From Phoronis australis (taxonomy: Eukaryota; Animalia; Phoronida), in assembly GCA_002633005.1 (NCBI GenBank), contig NMRA01000068.1:885092-949091 (forward strand): a stretch of DNA of 64,000 bases, given 5' to 3'. Positions 1 to 13,100 of the stretch are shown one piece after another (positions within the stretch are counted from its first letter, which is position 1; every line of letters begins with the position of its first letter). The position numbers and the translations under genes were made by a program. A model generated the notes under the pieces. That model did no database searches and had not been told where the DNA came from. It saw only the letters and a list, made by a program, of their open reading frames with translations.

Positions 1-122
1 AGTGTACTGGAGTAAGTGGTGGATGCATATTTCATGTTTCAAAATAAAATTTTCAATTCTATTCAAGCCTGCTTTCCCCAGGAAAACATGGACTAAAGAC
101 AAAACAAATGGTAATAAATTAG

Positions 123-128
123 TTTATT
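123..128 (-). promoter_or_regulatory. Candidate polyadenylation signal of SUCLA2
   Basis: AATAAA on the minus strand about 1 kb after the stop codon, followed by T-rich sequence; position only. Confidence 0.35.
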
Positions 129-1116
129 AAATACTATGCTCTAGTTCAATAGATAAATTCTACATATTAAATTAATTTACAACAACGGTGGAAGTCAGCT
201 CAAATATTCAAAACAATGTAAAATTCAGTAATAGAACAGAGATTCTACAAAAACCTCATTTCAACGAAAGCCACACCACTCGATGTAAAATTTCTCTTCA
301 CTCCGTAGCGACTGCCTTGAATAAAAGCTGACTGGTGTACTATAACATCTCTGATAACAAGCTACTTTCCAATGTTTGACAATCGCACCAATTTGCCAAA
401 GATGACGAGCACAAAAGACAAACTTTTCGTAAGTTCAAGCATTTATGTAAAGAATGTAAATCTTCAATGCCACAAAACTAAACTTTACCATGTGTGAGAT
501 TAATTCAGCTGTTGTAAACTCCCGGTTTTAATGCCCTACCACTTATAGACGGTATGTAAAGGTTGAGTATTCAATTCAAACAGAACTGCAGGTGGACGGG
601 GATTTGAGAATCTGTGAATACACAAGTCAACACTTAAAATGCTCAAAATATCAAACGAGACAGATTTTGACAAAAACATGAGCAGTGGGTAATGAATATT
701 GAGAGTGGAAGTGTCACATTTGACAAATATTGAACAATTGTACATAATTTTGCCTGTTAAGAAATATTTTTAATGACAACATCACTGCACCTTCTCATTC
801 CTAATCCCTTATTTGTAACAAAAAATCATTTCCCACAGTTTTAACCCGTAATGTGCTGTTCTGATGCAATACAACCAAAACATTGGACAACGTATCTTTC
901 CATGCACCCACAGGCCCGGTCCAAAACATCAAATTGTCAGAACGAAATTGGTGCACGGAATCCACACGAGTCGATGTGAACACAGCTAAAACAACATACA
1001 AGTATACTACCACCCCAATTCTGGAGTACACTTCTTGACCTTTAACACTATTTTCTTCAACTTATAAGTTTGTTGACCACCAATACCTTGTGACTTGGTA
1101 TTTGATGGTTGGGAAC

Positions 1117-1191
1117 CTATAGTGGCAACTCAAACTGGACATGTACGGCAGCTTCACGAGCAAGGCTCATTATGTTGGACAGCTTCACCAC
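1117..1191 (-). CDS. SUCLA2: SUCLA2 exon 11 (last coding)
   Basis: tttcag|[24 protein letters not shown]. Confidence 0.92.
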   Translation of the reverse strand: MVKLSNIMSLAREAAVHVQFELPL

Positions 1192-4100
1192 CTGAAATGA
1201 AGAGATAAGCAATTTAATTAGTAGTTGTGGAACAAACCCACACTGTGTACTGGCAATAAGAACACAGTGCTTTGTCATCATCAGTGATGGTTGGAACAAA
1301 TGGTAACAATTTCGTGCAAACTTAACACATAAATCCATTGTTTTGGCTCCAAAACCATGATGTTCATCTGTCATTGACATCTGCTAAGCTGTTCAAAGCG
1401 GTGTGCTGTTGCATCCAAGGGCACCAAACAATTGCATATACTTGCACCGAATTATCCGAACAAGCAATAGTATTATACCTACAAGCTACATTTATTATGA
1501 AGATAATTTTATGCTCAGGCAAATCATTCAAAAGGTTTGTGCGAATGAGTTGTATATTGCAATAATTGCTAACCACCCACGAGTAAGAGAAAGCATCGTG
1601 TGATCAAAAGGCGTATCACATGACTGGTTATATTCCAACAGACGATGTGAGAGCTGCTGAGACACATTAACGCACGACCGATTCTGTATCGCGAGTGGCT
1701 ACCTTATGATTCATGATCTATGTGGAAGATTCAGTGATTGGTGCGTAAGATTGTCTGCTACCCTTGACATATCAGTTATGAAAACTTGAAAACAATCTCA
1801 AATCATTGCCTCTCTTGCCCATAAGCACTGTCACCTAAAAGACAACCCATAAAGATCGTAAAACGCTCTCCAGTGCCAGGACAGCACGGGTTGAGTTTTG
1901 AAACAAACTGAGCAACTGAAGCATTCAATGATTGGGAAAATACTTAACCATCTTAGCTGCCTCATCAAGATTATCACATGGCAGTATCTTCAAATCTGAG
2001 GCAGCCATTAAGGCTTTAGCATCTTCTACTCGAGTACCTGAAAAATAGCACAAATTTCCATAACGTGACAGATGACTTCTTCAGTGTCGAAGACAAATTT
2101 TAGAAACGAGACAAATTGCCTCCACTTTCACTCCTCATCTCTCCAATTGTGCCACTAATCAACAATTATAGAGACTTCCACTCCCCTTCAATTGTAGAAC
2201 TTTTGACCCCGAGTGTCACAATTCATAAATAATTCAGCTTCAACATAAGCCGTTGGTTCAGCCTTAGTGACTGGCATGCGCAGTGTCAGCGTAAAGAAAC
2301 TGGTGGCTATCATAAAAACTGAGTTCTGTGCTTGTGCTGCGAAGGTCAAACTTGATGTACTTTTGAAGTTGACCGAGCCTCATTCCACTTATGACTTCTA
2401 GACATGTGCATAGACATCGGTATCTTAGCAAGCAAACTGTCTACTCTAAAGGTGAAGCCCTCCAACACTAGATTGCCTATGGGAGTGGGCAGGTGTTTGA
2501 GCACACAAGCAACCTGCTAATGTACTCCTGTAATGCAAGACTAATGAGTACACATGAAATACTTGTATACAGATCCACTAATGCCAGAAAAGTGGTAACT
2601 ACAAAAACAAACACTAACTACTACATGGGTGCAAATGTGTACACGCATGTATTCAGCAGATTGAGAACAAACCTTGTAAAATACAGAAAAATTGAGTCAA
2701 GTACTGGAATTGGCTTTCTTGAGTTAGCGATGTTGCGTCCGTCTGTTACGGATTTCAGCTTGGGTAGTGATGTTATTATCGTTATGGCCAATAGGTGGCG
2801 TTTTAACCAGCATCGAGGTCAGGACACTATCACATAAGTGTGACAGATGGAACCTTAATCCACCTCGTTTATTCAGAGAGGGGCTCACAATGCGTTCATG
2901 GAGAGCTTCTTTGGCACCCCTTCTGAACCAATCTTCCTCACAGTCTAGGATAGTTACTTCATAAGCATTAAAATTATGTCCAGGGGCGCATAGGTGGCTA
3001 AAAATAGTGTCCCCATAACTAGGGCGATGATGTAACGTATGCATTTTTTAAGGACTGTTTCGTTTTACCTATATAGCTGTCTGAGCACTGGGGGTCCTTA
3101 CACTGAATACCATAGACTATACACGATTTATTACCCGCAGGAGTCTTGTCCTTGACATCAACCAGCTGGTTGCGGAGAGAATATAATGGTTTGTGGATGA
3201 TAGAAATGTCAAACTGTTAAGACGTGTCCTCTTGAGGAGGTCAAACAATCCCTGAACGTATGGAATCAACACACGAGTAGAAGATTCACAGTGGTGGTTG
3301 CCTGAGTGTTGACGTATCACAACCTGGGTGTGATTTGCACTTTGATCCACAGAGCTAACACCATCATTTGTGATCCTTTGACCATTTCTGAGGAACTGAA
3401 TTACACAAAGGATACTCTTGGCAAATGGGGTTCATGTTGGTCGGTCACCAAAGCAGAAAGATGGGAGAGGAAAAGAGTCAACACTCGGCCAACCACCACT
3501 GCGAATCCCTCCCCCTGTGTTGATTCTATACATTCAGGACATTTAAACAGTTTGGCATTTCTCTCATCCAAAAACTGTTCAATTCCCTCTGGAGCCAACT
3601 GGTTAATGTCACGGGCAAGACTCCTAAGGGTAATTAATAACGTGTAGTCTATGGTGTTCAGTGTAAGGACTCCAGTGCTCAGACAGCTATTTAGTTGAAA
3701 CAAAACAGTCCTTAAAAATGTGTATGTCACAACATCGTCGCCCTAGTTATGGGACACTTATGACTTTGCTATTTTTTCCACCTATGCGCCACTGGACATG
3801 ATTTTAATACTGATGATGTCACTATCCTAGACTGTGAGGAAGATTGGTTCAGAAGGGGTGTCAAAGAAGCTAGACGAACGCATCGAGAGCCCCTCTCTCA
3901 ATACACGAGGTGGATTAAGGTTCCATCTGTCACACTTATAGGATAGTGTCCTGATCTCGATGCCGTGTTGTCTGGTTAAAATGCCACCTATTGGTTAGCA
4001 ATAATAACAGGACTAGCCAAGCTGAAGTCCATGAGAGACAGATGCCATGTCGCTAACTCAAGTAAGCAAATCCCAGTATTTGATTCAATTTCTCTATATT

Positions 4101-7100
4101 TTGTTACCTAAACTGGATGTCTCAAAACTTTCATGCTTTTAACAAACCTTGTAGTCGGACAACAATGGGTATGGTTAGATGGAGCTGATTAGCAGCCTCT
4201 ATAATTCCTTGGGCTATGACGTCACATCTCATTATGCCCCCAAAGATATTGACCAAGATAGCGTGAACCTACAACAGAACATTTTGTTTACCTGACATTC
4301 ATTTTTTGTTAGGAAAAACAGGTGAGTTTCAATCATCAAAATCACATTACATAAATATGTTTACGGATGATATGTTAACTTTCATGTGCTGTCATTGTTT
4401 ATCTCACCACCTACTAAAGCTGTCAATCACTGATAGTGGTCTTCAAGCAGCTACAAGTCTGCCTTCCATCACAGAACCAACTTTTGATTAACACCCTTAC
4501 CATTATGAAATTGGTCTCGAATTGTTCTTTAGACAAATTAAAAGGGGATTTCTGAGGTTTGAAAGAACTGGTAGTTTGCTATTGGTTGAGATGAGGCTCA
4601 CAAGGTGGCATGTCATGGCGTGTTATTTTGTGTAACAAGCATAATCTCAGATTTTCAAAAATCCAAAAATAATTTCTCATCTGAGTAAGGAACTAGTTGA
4701 GACCAGTTTTATTGTGGTAATTGGTGTAAAAGAAAAGTTCACTTCTTGGATGCAATGTGGGATGATAGCCACGTATGTATGTATGTATGTAATAAAATGT
4801 ATGTATGTATGTATGTATGTATGTATGTATGTACGTATGTAAGCATGCACGTATGAACACAAAACATAAAGTAATAACTAATTAAGAGTAATGCAGAGCG
4901 CCAATATGCACTAAACAATGGTGCATCAAAGAGTGATTCTTATCTTTGAACAAAAAATTCCGTACAAATCTTACACTAGGGGATGCAATGCTAGTCATAA
5001 GAAAACTGGCAAATGCAGTTGTCTACAAACTGATAAGCAGATTGCGACATGACACACTGGTACAGCGTTGGTGTGCGCCAAAGTTTATGAACTGCAAAGT
5101 CCACATTCACGTCATGAATATCCTTAGGCAGTTAGAGAAGTGAATGCAAAAAATAACGACTGGGAGGTGCACCACTAGTTGAATAATCTGTCATTACCTC
5201 CCTCATAGGACCATGTTAAATGTCACAAAGATACTAAGAATGGTGCAAAAAATACAACTATCACTAGATGGCACAGCAGTTGACAAATTTGTCATGATTA
5301 AACTTCATGTAGCTCATTGCCTCCTTATTGGAAATGCACCTACCATTTTTTAAGAAGCCCCTTTTATCCGTTAAACAAATAAAGAGCTGACACCGGAAAA
5401 TGCAATGTCAAAAACAAAATGTCCACATGGAAAAAACCAGTATGTCTGAAACTTTAAGGGCAGTACCGTTTCCTTGCCAGGAACACATCTGCTAACTTCA
5501 TAAAAACCCAACAAATGACTTGCAGATACTGAGGCTAAATTTCACGAAGATCCTGAAAGGTGTTTGGATGATACAGCCAGATTCTGAACAGAAAAGATGG
5601 CAGTACACGCTCACAAGTGTGGGTGGATAAAAACCAACAACAAAATAATGAGGTCAACTAAGCCATGCTCTTCTTAGCAGGAACACAACAACCAAATTCC
5701 ACAATTACCCTTTAGAGAACTTAGTATATATTGGGTCAGGTGCAAAAAATAAAACAATCACTAGGGGGCTAAGGAATAGTCCGAATCATCCAAAAATTGA
5801 TGTCAGCCAACGTCTCCTGTCTCCACTTCAAACATATGTCACATTTCCCAACGATCATTCACCAAAGTAAATATTGAGGCAAAAATATGCCACCAGGGAA
5901 ATAGCAGTTTGAACCGATAATCAATTTCAGTCACATTCTCATCAATAGGAACACATCCATCCTATGTCAGGACAACAATTTGGAAGAGGAGGATACTAAA
6001 AAACTGCACTGAAATAAAATTGCCACTAGACAGAGTGCACTGCAGAATTTGGCTCAATTTGAACATTTATGGATGCCATCATCTCTTTAATAGGATGCAA
6101 TTACTGTATCTAACAAATGACATAAAAATCCGTCAAGGAAGATGGCAGATATAGGTACATATGATTCACCAAATATATCAAGTCTGCTTTTGAACTTGTA
6201 AACCGTCTCATTTATGGTACATATGAGTTGAGTAGTTAAAGTAACTACCGTGATAAGCCCAACTGGGCTGGGTACTTATCTTTCATATGAATGTTATATC
6301 TATTACTGTTTGAATTAGTTGTAATAGTCACTATAATAAATACATACAATACAATACGATACGATACAATAAACCTGCATAGCAGTTGTCGAATCTCTTC
6401 AAAAGTTGGGAAGACATGTCCTCAAATTTCATGAAGGGGTGTTGTAGATAGGGAAGTGGATGTGGGACGCTGAGACGGTGGATACGAGAAAGTGAAATGA
6501 TGGCAATGTGAACCCACATTACATAAATGTTAGCACACAAAAGTTGGACAAAAATCCAGTTGTTTGACTCACATTTTTATCTGATGTAATGAGTTTAAAT
6601 GCACCAGTTACTTGCTGCGCAGTAGCACCACCACCAATATCAAGGAAGTTTGCAGGTGAACCACCGTGCAGTTTAATGATATCCATTGTAGCCATGGCCA
6701 GGCCAGCACCATTTACTGAAATAAGAAAACGAGTCAATAAACAAATTACAATGCAGCCATGAGATACTGATCTTCATGACCAATTAATATTCATTGCAGT
6801 CACCTTGGCAATTTTTGTCATTTCTTGTCATTAAGAAACCATACACTATACCAAGGCATACTGATGTTGGGAATAGCCAATAAACATCACTACAAACGTG
6901 CCTTCTCTCTGAAGAACTCACTTTAGATTGCAACCTCTTACCATCAGATAACAAGTCGTTTCTTGGCCACTGGAAAACTAACAGTTTATTGAGACCATGT
7001 ATATCAGTTTGTTGTTGCTAGAGATTAGGCTCAATTTGGCTCAACATAATGTCACTCTGTGCACTAAGCATGTGCTCAAGCAATATCAGTTCTTCTCAAC

Positions 7101-10100
7101 CCAGATATCACTTTTAATCTCAGTAATGAACAACAGAAGACCACATGAAAATTACAAAAAATCATCATATACAGTCCAATACATTCCAGACACAACAGCC
7201 AACATTTTGACAGACATAACTTCATCAAAACACAGCATGTTCTCTACTGAGTATGAAGGTCGTTCAATAAGTTTTCGGACTCATCCAGAAAACAACGAGA
7301 TAGCAAATAATTTTGACTTTTATTTTTCAATATAATTTCCCGTTACATCAATGCATTTCTTCCATTTGTGCTCCAGTTTTACAATGCCTTCGTAAAAGCA
7401 ACTTTTGTCGAGCCCTCAAAATACTACTCCACTGCACTCATGACGTCATCATCAGTCACATAATGGCGTCCACGCAGGTAGGCCTTCAAATGTGGAAACA
7501 AATAAAAATTAGACGTGGCCAGGTCTGGAGAATAGGCGGGGTGCGGAAGGATTTCAAAGCCACATCTAGTTGGTTCAGCCACCGCAACTTGGGCAGTATG
7601 GGCAGGTGCATTGTCTTGAAGCAACAGCATTCCATCCAGAAACTTCCCGCGTCTTTTTTCCTTGATTGCTTTTATGAGTTTTTCTTTTATGTTCACTTAG
7701 TGATAACTAAACCGTTTCAATGATGTTTTTCATTTTAAAATTGTTCCAATTAATACTACAGGTACTCCAATATTGTCCGCATTTGTCGCGATTCTACTCG
7801 AAGATTCCTTTGACAGGGAATTCTCAGAGTATGCATGACAAGGGAGATAAGTCTTTATTTTGATACATAAACGAGTCGACAAATACGGATTGTCTCATCT
7901 ACAAGGATTATAATTACCATTTTTAAGAACTTAGTCCTAACTGCTACAAAACTCATTCAAATTACAACAATGACAAAACGTTTTCCTGCGGTTTAATTGG
8001 CGCGGATACGAACCGATATGATCTCGCGAGATCAAGCCTAATCACCCGTTTTTCGCGGTATTTTGTAAATGTGATGTGCCATATGTGAAAGACTAGTCGC
8101 CAAATGACTAGAGCGACATCTTTTGTGAAAATGAATGGTAACTTCAAGCAACACCCAGTCTGATTACGAGGCATTTGATGCAAGTCCTAACTGTTTAAAA
8201 TTAGTTATAAATGTATAATGATATTCAAATATACTTTAAAATGCACTTGGAATTATTTTTTGGAAAATTGCTTGCTTCATTGGCTTGCTTCATACTGTGC
8301 TGTCAACCTGAGATTGAGAGTGTGATGACACGATACTCTGCCCTTAATATCTATCTTATCACTCACTCGAATGACTGTGAGTGCATTTATTATCAGTGGC
8401 AGGGAGATTAGAAACTCTGTGATGACTATGGAGTATTTACTACATACATATTTCAAAATTTAAAAATTTTGTGATTTTTTTCTGTAAATTACCTCACAGG
8501 GGAAAGTGAATTACTCTGTACTGGACGTTGCGACACGGTACTTTAGTCTGGAACTGTTTAAAAGACATTTCTGACGAGCTTTCGTGTTCCATGCCTCTTT
8601 AAGGAAAGTGAAGGCTGTAAACTGATTTACCTGCACACCTTAATTCACAGCAATAAATAAGAATCAGCACCATTTTAAGGTTTACATTAGCAAAGCTATA
8701 CCTAAACAGCCTATGTCACCATCCAGGCCGATGTAGTTTAGATTCAGCTGGTTTGCTTTGACATCTCTCTCATCCTCTTGAGCCCAGTCACGCTTTTCAA
8801 ATAAGTCTCCGTGTCGAAATTCTGCATTGTCGTCAAAGTTGATCTTGCAATCCATGCAGTACACTAAAATATGTTTTATCAAGTTCATCACTAAGAATAA
8901 ATTGATATTGAAACAGTGAGTTATGTAAGTGTTCCGAAATATTCTTCCATCTAAATTTGCCTCAGCAATTTTTTTTCTATAACTCGCTTTGATCAACGAG
9001 AAACCATTCTGTAATGATGTTTGGTGGACACTTGAAAGCAATGGGAGACTTTTACTATTGGCAATCTCTAGAGTAAAGAGTGCGAGGAAGCGACATCTAC
9101 TTGATTCCAACTCTGATTTGGTGGGTTGAAATTCACTGCTACATAAAACGGTTCATTAATTTCAACAGAGGAAAAATCTCACTCTTCCATTTTTGATTAG
9201 GTTAACTTCACCAATTGGCTGGGATCGAAATACTATAGCTTTATCAGTTGCAACCACCGACTATACAGCTGTGAATTCTTCATCGCAATTGGAAATATCC
9301 CATGATATCCTTCATCTCTGGATAGCTCAATATGTTTGCAATTAGTATATCCCAAGACACATCAGTGAAAATTTGCCGGCATTATGATTGCAGGAAAGGC
9401 ATTAAATACCATTTACACCCTTAGGTTGAAACATCCCATCGGAATTACAAGTGATCTGTAGGTAGCACTGAATACCTGTCTACCAAAGACGTCATAGTGA
9501 ATTTAAATAAGATGCAGCTATTTCGAAAGTCAACTATTCCACTCACTCTGCAGAACATGCCAACATGTTATACTAAATCAATAAGTAACTTACTCTCTTA
9601 CCAACAGTATTTAAACATTCAACTCCTTAACTATTACCTTGTCCATCGGCAGATTCACATAAAGGGTTGATTTCCACTAACGTCGCATCATGCTTGATAA
9701 AAATATCATATAGTTTCAGAAAGTAATCTGCAGCCTGAAAACAAATACCATCCATTTAACTACAAGTTTGGAGGTACAAGACAAATACCATCCATTTAAC
9801 TACAAGTTTGGAGGTACAAAACAAATACCATCCATTTAACTACAAGTTTGGAGGTACAAAACAAATACCATCCATTTAACTACAAGTTTGGAGGTACAAG
9901 ACAAATACCATCCATTTAACTACAAGTTTGGAGGTACAAGACAAATACCATCCATTTAACTATAAGTTGGAGGTACAAGACAAATACCATCCATTTAACT
10001 ACAAGTTTGGAGGTACAAGACAAAATACCATCCATTTAACTACAAGTTGGAGGTACAAGACAAATACCATCCATTTAACTACAAGTTTGGAGGTACAAGA

Positions 10101-13100
10101 CAAAAGGGTCACTGGCTTATGTTGGTTAGTGCGTTCAAACAACCTTTATTTGCTTCATTGACGTAAACATGATTAAATTGACTTGAACAAAATAATATGG
10201 AAATCCAGGTCTGGATTATTTTTAATAAAAATAAAAACCTGAAAACCAACACAAAAATACAGACAATCAAATTAAAAGATTACAATGATCAGCACTTAAG
10301 ATGAAGAGTGACTTCTGGACAATGTTAAAATTGGTCTACTGACAGGAATTCTATGAAGTTTTATGCTTCGATGCATCCATTCTCCAAAATGCAGATAAAA
10401 CGGGCTTTCTTAGGGACATTACCTCAGAGTCTATACTCACAACAAAAATTCAAACTGTAAACCAGGTTACTTTTACCATACAACATGCCCCAACCTTGCA
10501 ATACCATGATACAATATGAATTTCATTCCAAGACCATTCAACAGGGCCCCAGCAAAATGACCTAAATCTAAGGAGTCACATTTTGTTCGCACTTCAGAAG
10601 CGTGTGCAACAGAGTGAGCGCCCGCTAGCGTGTACTCCCGAACACAAGGAACAGCTCCCGAACAGCTGTGAGCGCTCACTGTGCGATCCAGTATGGCGAC
10701 TCTGAAGCAGATTGTGTTGAACGTCCTAGCCGATGAGCTTAACACTAACAGTCCTTCCTATGGCGTACTGAGCGATAAATATGATTAATCTTAGCCAATA
10801 TTAATATCGGCAGCCCAAGACAACAACTGTGAAGGCTTTGGAACGACAAGAATCGAAAATTACGTCTAGGAAACTGTTCCTCGCTACAGCGACCCACAAT
10901 TTAAGTCGCAGTTTCGTATGAGTCGGTCAACTTTTGAGGTTAGTTTTTGTGTTGTAGAACCATAATGGTTTCATATGTTGCAGACGTGAAGCCTTCGCAG
11001 GACGCCATCTTGGAAATCTAAGCAAACATGCTCTCGAGGTTGTTGGCGAGCGCTCGCGAGCGCTAACGTAAAGACAGCTGCTCAGGACGAGGGCGCTCAA
11101 ATCGCTCGCGGGCGCTCACTCTATTGAACACGCTTCAGGTTTGCAACTCTAATGATTGAAAAACATCCCATCAAAATACTTGTTGTTAATCCAGGGCTGC
11201 TTTCCATCGACACAAGAATTTTGTAAGTATACCTACTGTGGTGATGAGCTTTGCTTGTAATGCATAGCAATACCTCACAGACGTATGGGATCTCACTTAT
11301 TTGCAAGAAACATGGTCTATGGACCACAGCCTGGTCGAATGACAACTTGGTGCGCTTGAATGAACTGTGCAAATTTCACAAGAAAAAATGTTGTGGCTTA
11401 TTCTGTTTACGCATTAAAGAGTTAGTTAGCATAAAATACCAACCCTCTAAATACTCCAAATTAGTTTGAATTTCCATTACCAGACGACTTCAGATTGCTC
11501 CAGTGGAAAAAATCTATAAGCCACACGATACATCATGCCTGTCACTTCGTAGGTAAACTAAGCCAGGATTTGGCTCTTCAAACTACGAGAAAAGATCAAT
11601 TCTTTTGAAAAATACATTTGTTGTAGTGTAAAAAGAGTCAATGGCTGATTATAGTCTCTGTATATGTAAATTTCAAGAATGCGTTTACAGAATAGAATGA
11701 AACCAGTAACGACCATAACCAAACCTCTGGAAATCGAATAGGAGGAAATTGAAACCAAAACAAGAGAAAAATTCCAAGCCCTGTTCACTTGAAAATTTTG
11801 AAAATTAGAGGGTGAACGCTTAGCAGGTCAGTGGGTGTATAATAAGTAAACTTTAAGAACTAAGGAGTGGACACTTAGGTGAGCCCAGGTGTTAAGCCAA
11901 ATGTTTACAGTATGAAATTACCTGCATGGCACATTTTTCATTCATTCCAACATCTTTGGCTAATTGGAATGCACGCTCAATAGAAAGACCTTCCTTGATA
12001 TCCACTGGCACTTTCAATATGGCGCTAGGGTTATCGCGGGCAACCTCTTCAATATTCATGCCTCCTTGTGAACTGAATATCAGTGCTGGCCCCTGTAGCA
12101 TATCAATATTCATTAAAATAAATCTTAACACAAACATAACCACTTCATATCCTGGACACTACGCTATACTCGAAGTCAATAGAAAGGGTCTAAACATTTC
12201 AAGTTGTATGCTTTGTGGCACCTCCAACCACTTTTAGGCCAATCCATGTGATGCAACCTTGAGTTCTGATTTTGAATTTTGATTACTGTACAATATTTCA
12301 CATATTTCTGGTAAAATACCTTATCCTCATTCTCATATACCGTGTAATGAGAAAAAAGATTTAGCAGAAACACCTTCATCTGCTGGAAATTCATTTACTT
12401 CATATCCAAGGTCAAAGGTTACAGAGCTATCACCCAAATCGAATCTGCTGCTTCGCTTGTGCACTTCCCACAATTCACAGTCCTTTCATTTGCCGATTCC
12501 CCATAAGACTGAGTTAATGCACGGAGTCTGGCATATCACGAACACAGCAAGTTGTGAAAAAAGATAAATCCTAACCTGCATTAATTCAGTTTCACCGGTA
12601 ATCTGACGTTTCACTGATTAGACCTCATGCTCACACTTTAACCACAGATACTCGATTTCTATTCTGCATTTCGTACTTGGTTTCTTTCAGTCTCCCCTGC
12701 ACAAGGTTTGGCATGTGTTGTGTACTAGTACTATAGACCTATTTAATAGGTAATTGGTAAACTCCTCCTTTAACCAAGTTTCACTCGAATCATTCGTCAA
12801 CTGACTTTACAAAATTAGCGATAAATAAGTTAATTACACACTGCAAATTCAGTTGACAATGCGAGTTAATGTTCAAATAGCGAACATAGTTACCGCATGA
12901 AGGTCATTAAATTTAAAGTTTGACACACTCTTAATAACAAAAAATCATTCAACAAAAATACAAAAAGGATACAAGTTCCAGAGTAGTATCACCACTAGCA
13001 TGAAACAACCACTACATCCGTTCATCACAACCACTACGTCTCTCCATCACAACCAAACAATAAAGATGTCAGTCTTACAGTCAACAGTAATTATCCACTT

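Noticed and set aside
2045-2095. Possible hammerhead ribozyme (CTGAAGA...GAAA on the minus strand) near the Penelope remnant; similar trace at ~8565-8605
   Set aside because: Core and stem II are degenerate; cannot be supported without an Infernal search.
9741-10104. Regular 40-bp repeats resembling a CRISPR array
   Set aside because: Head-to-tail units with no unique spacers, no cas genes, and located in a eukaryotic intron.
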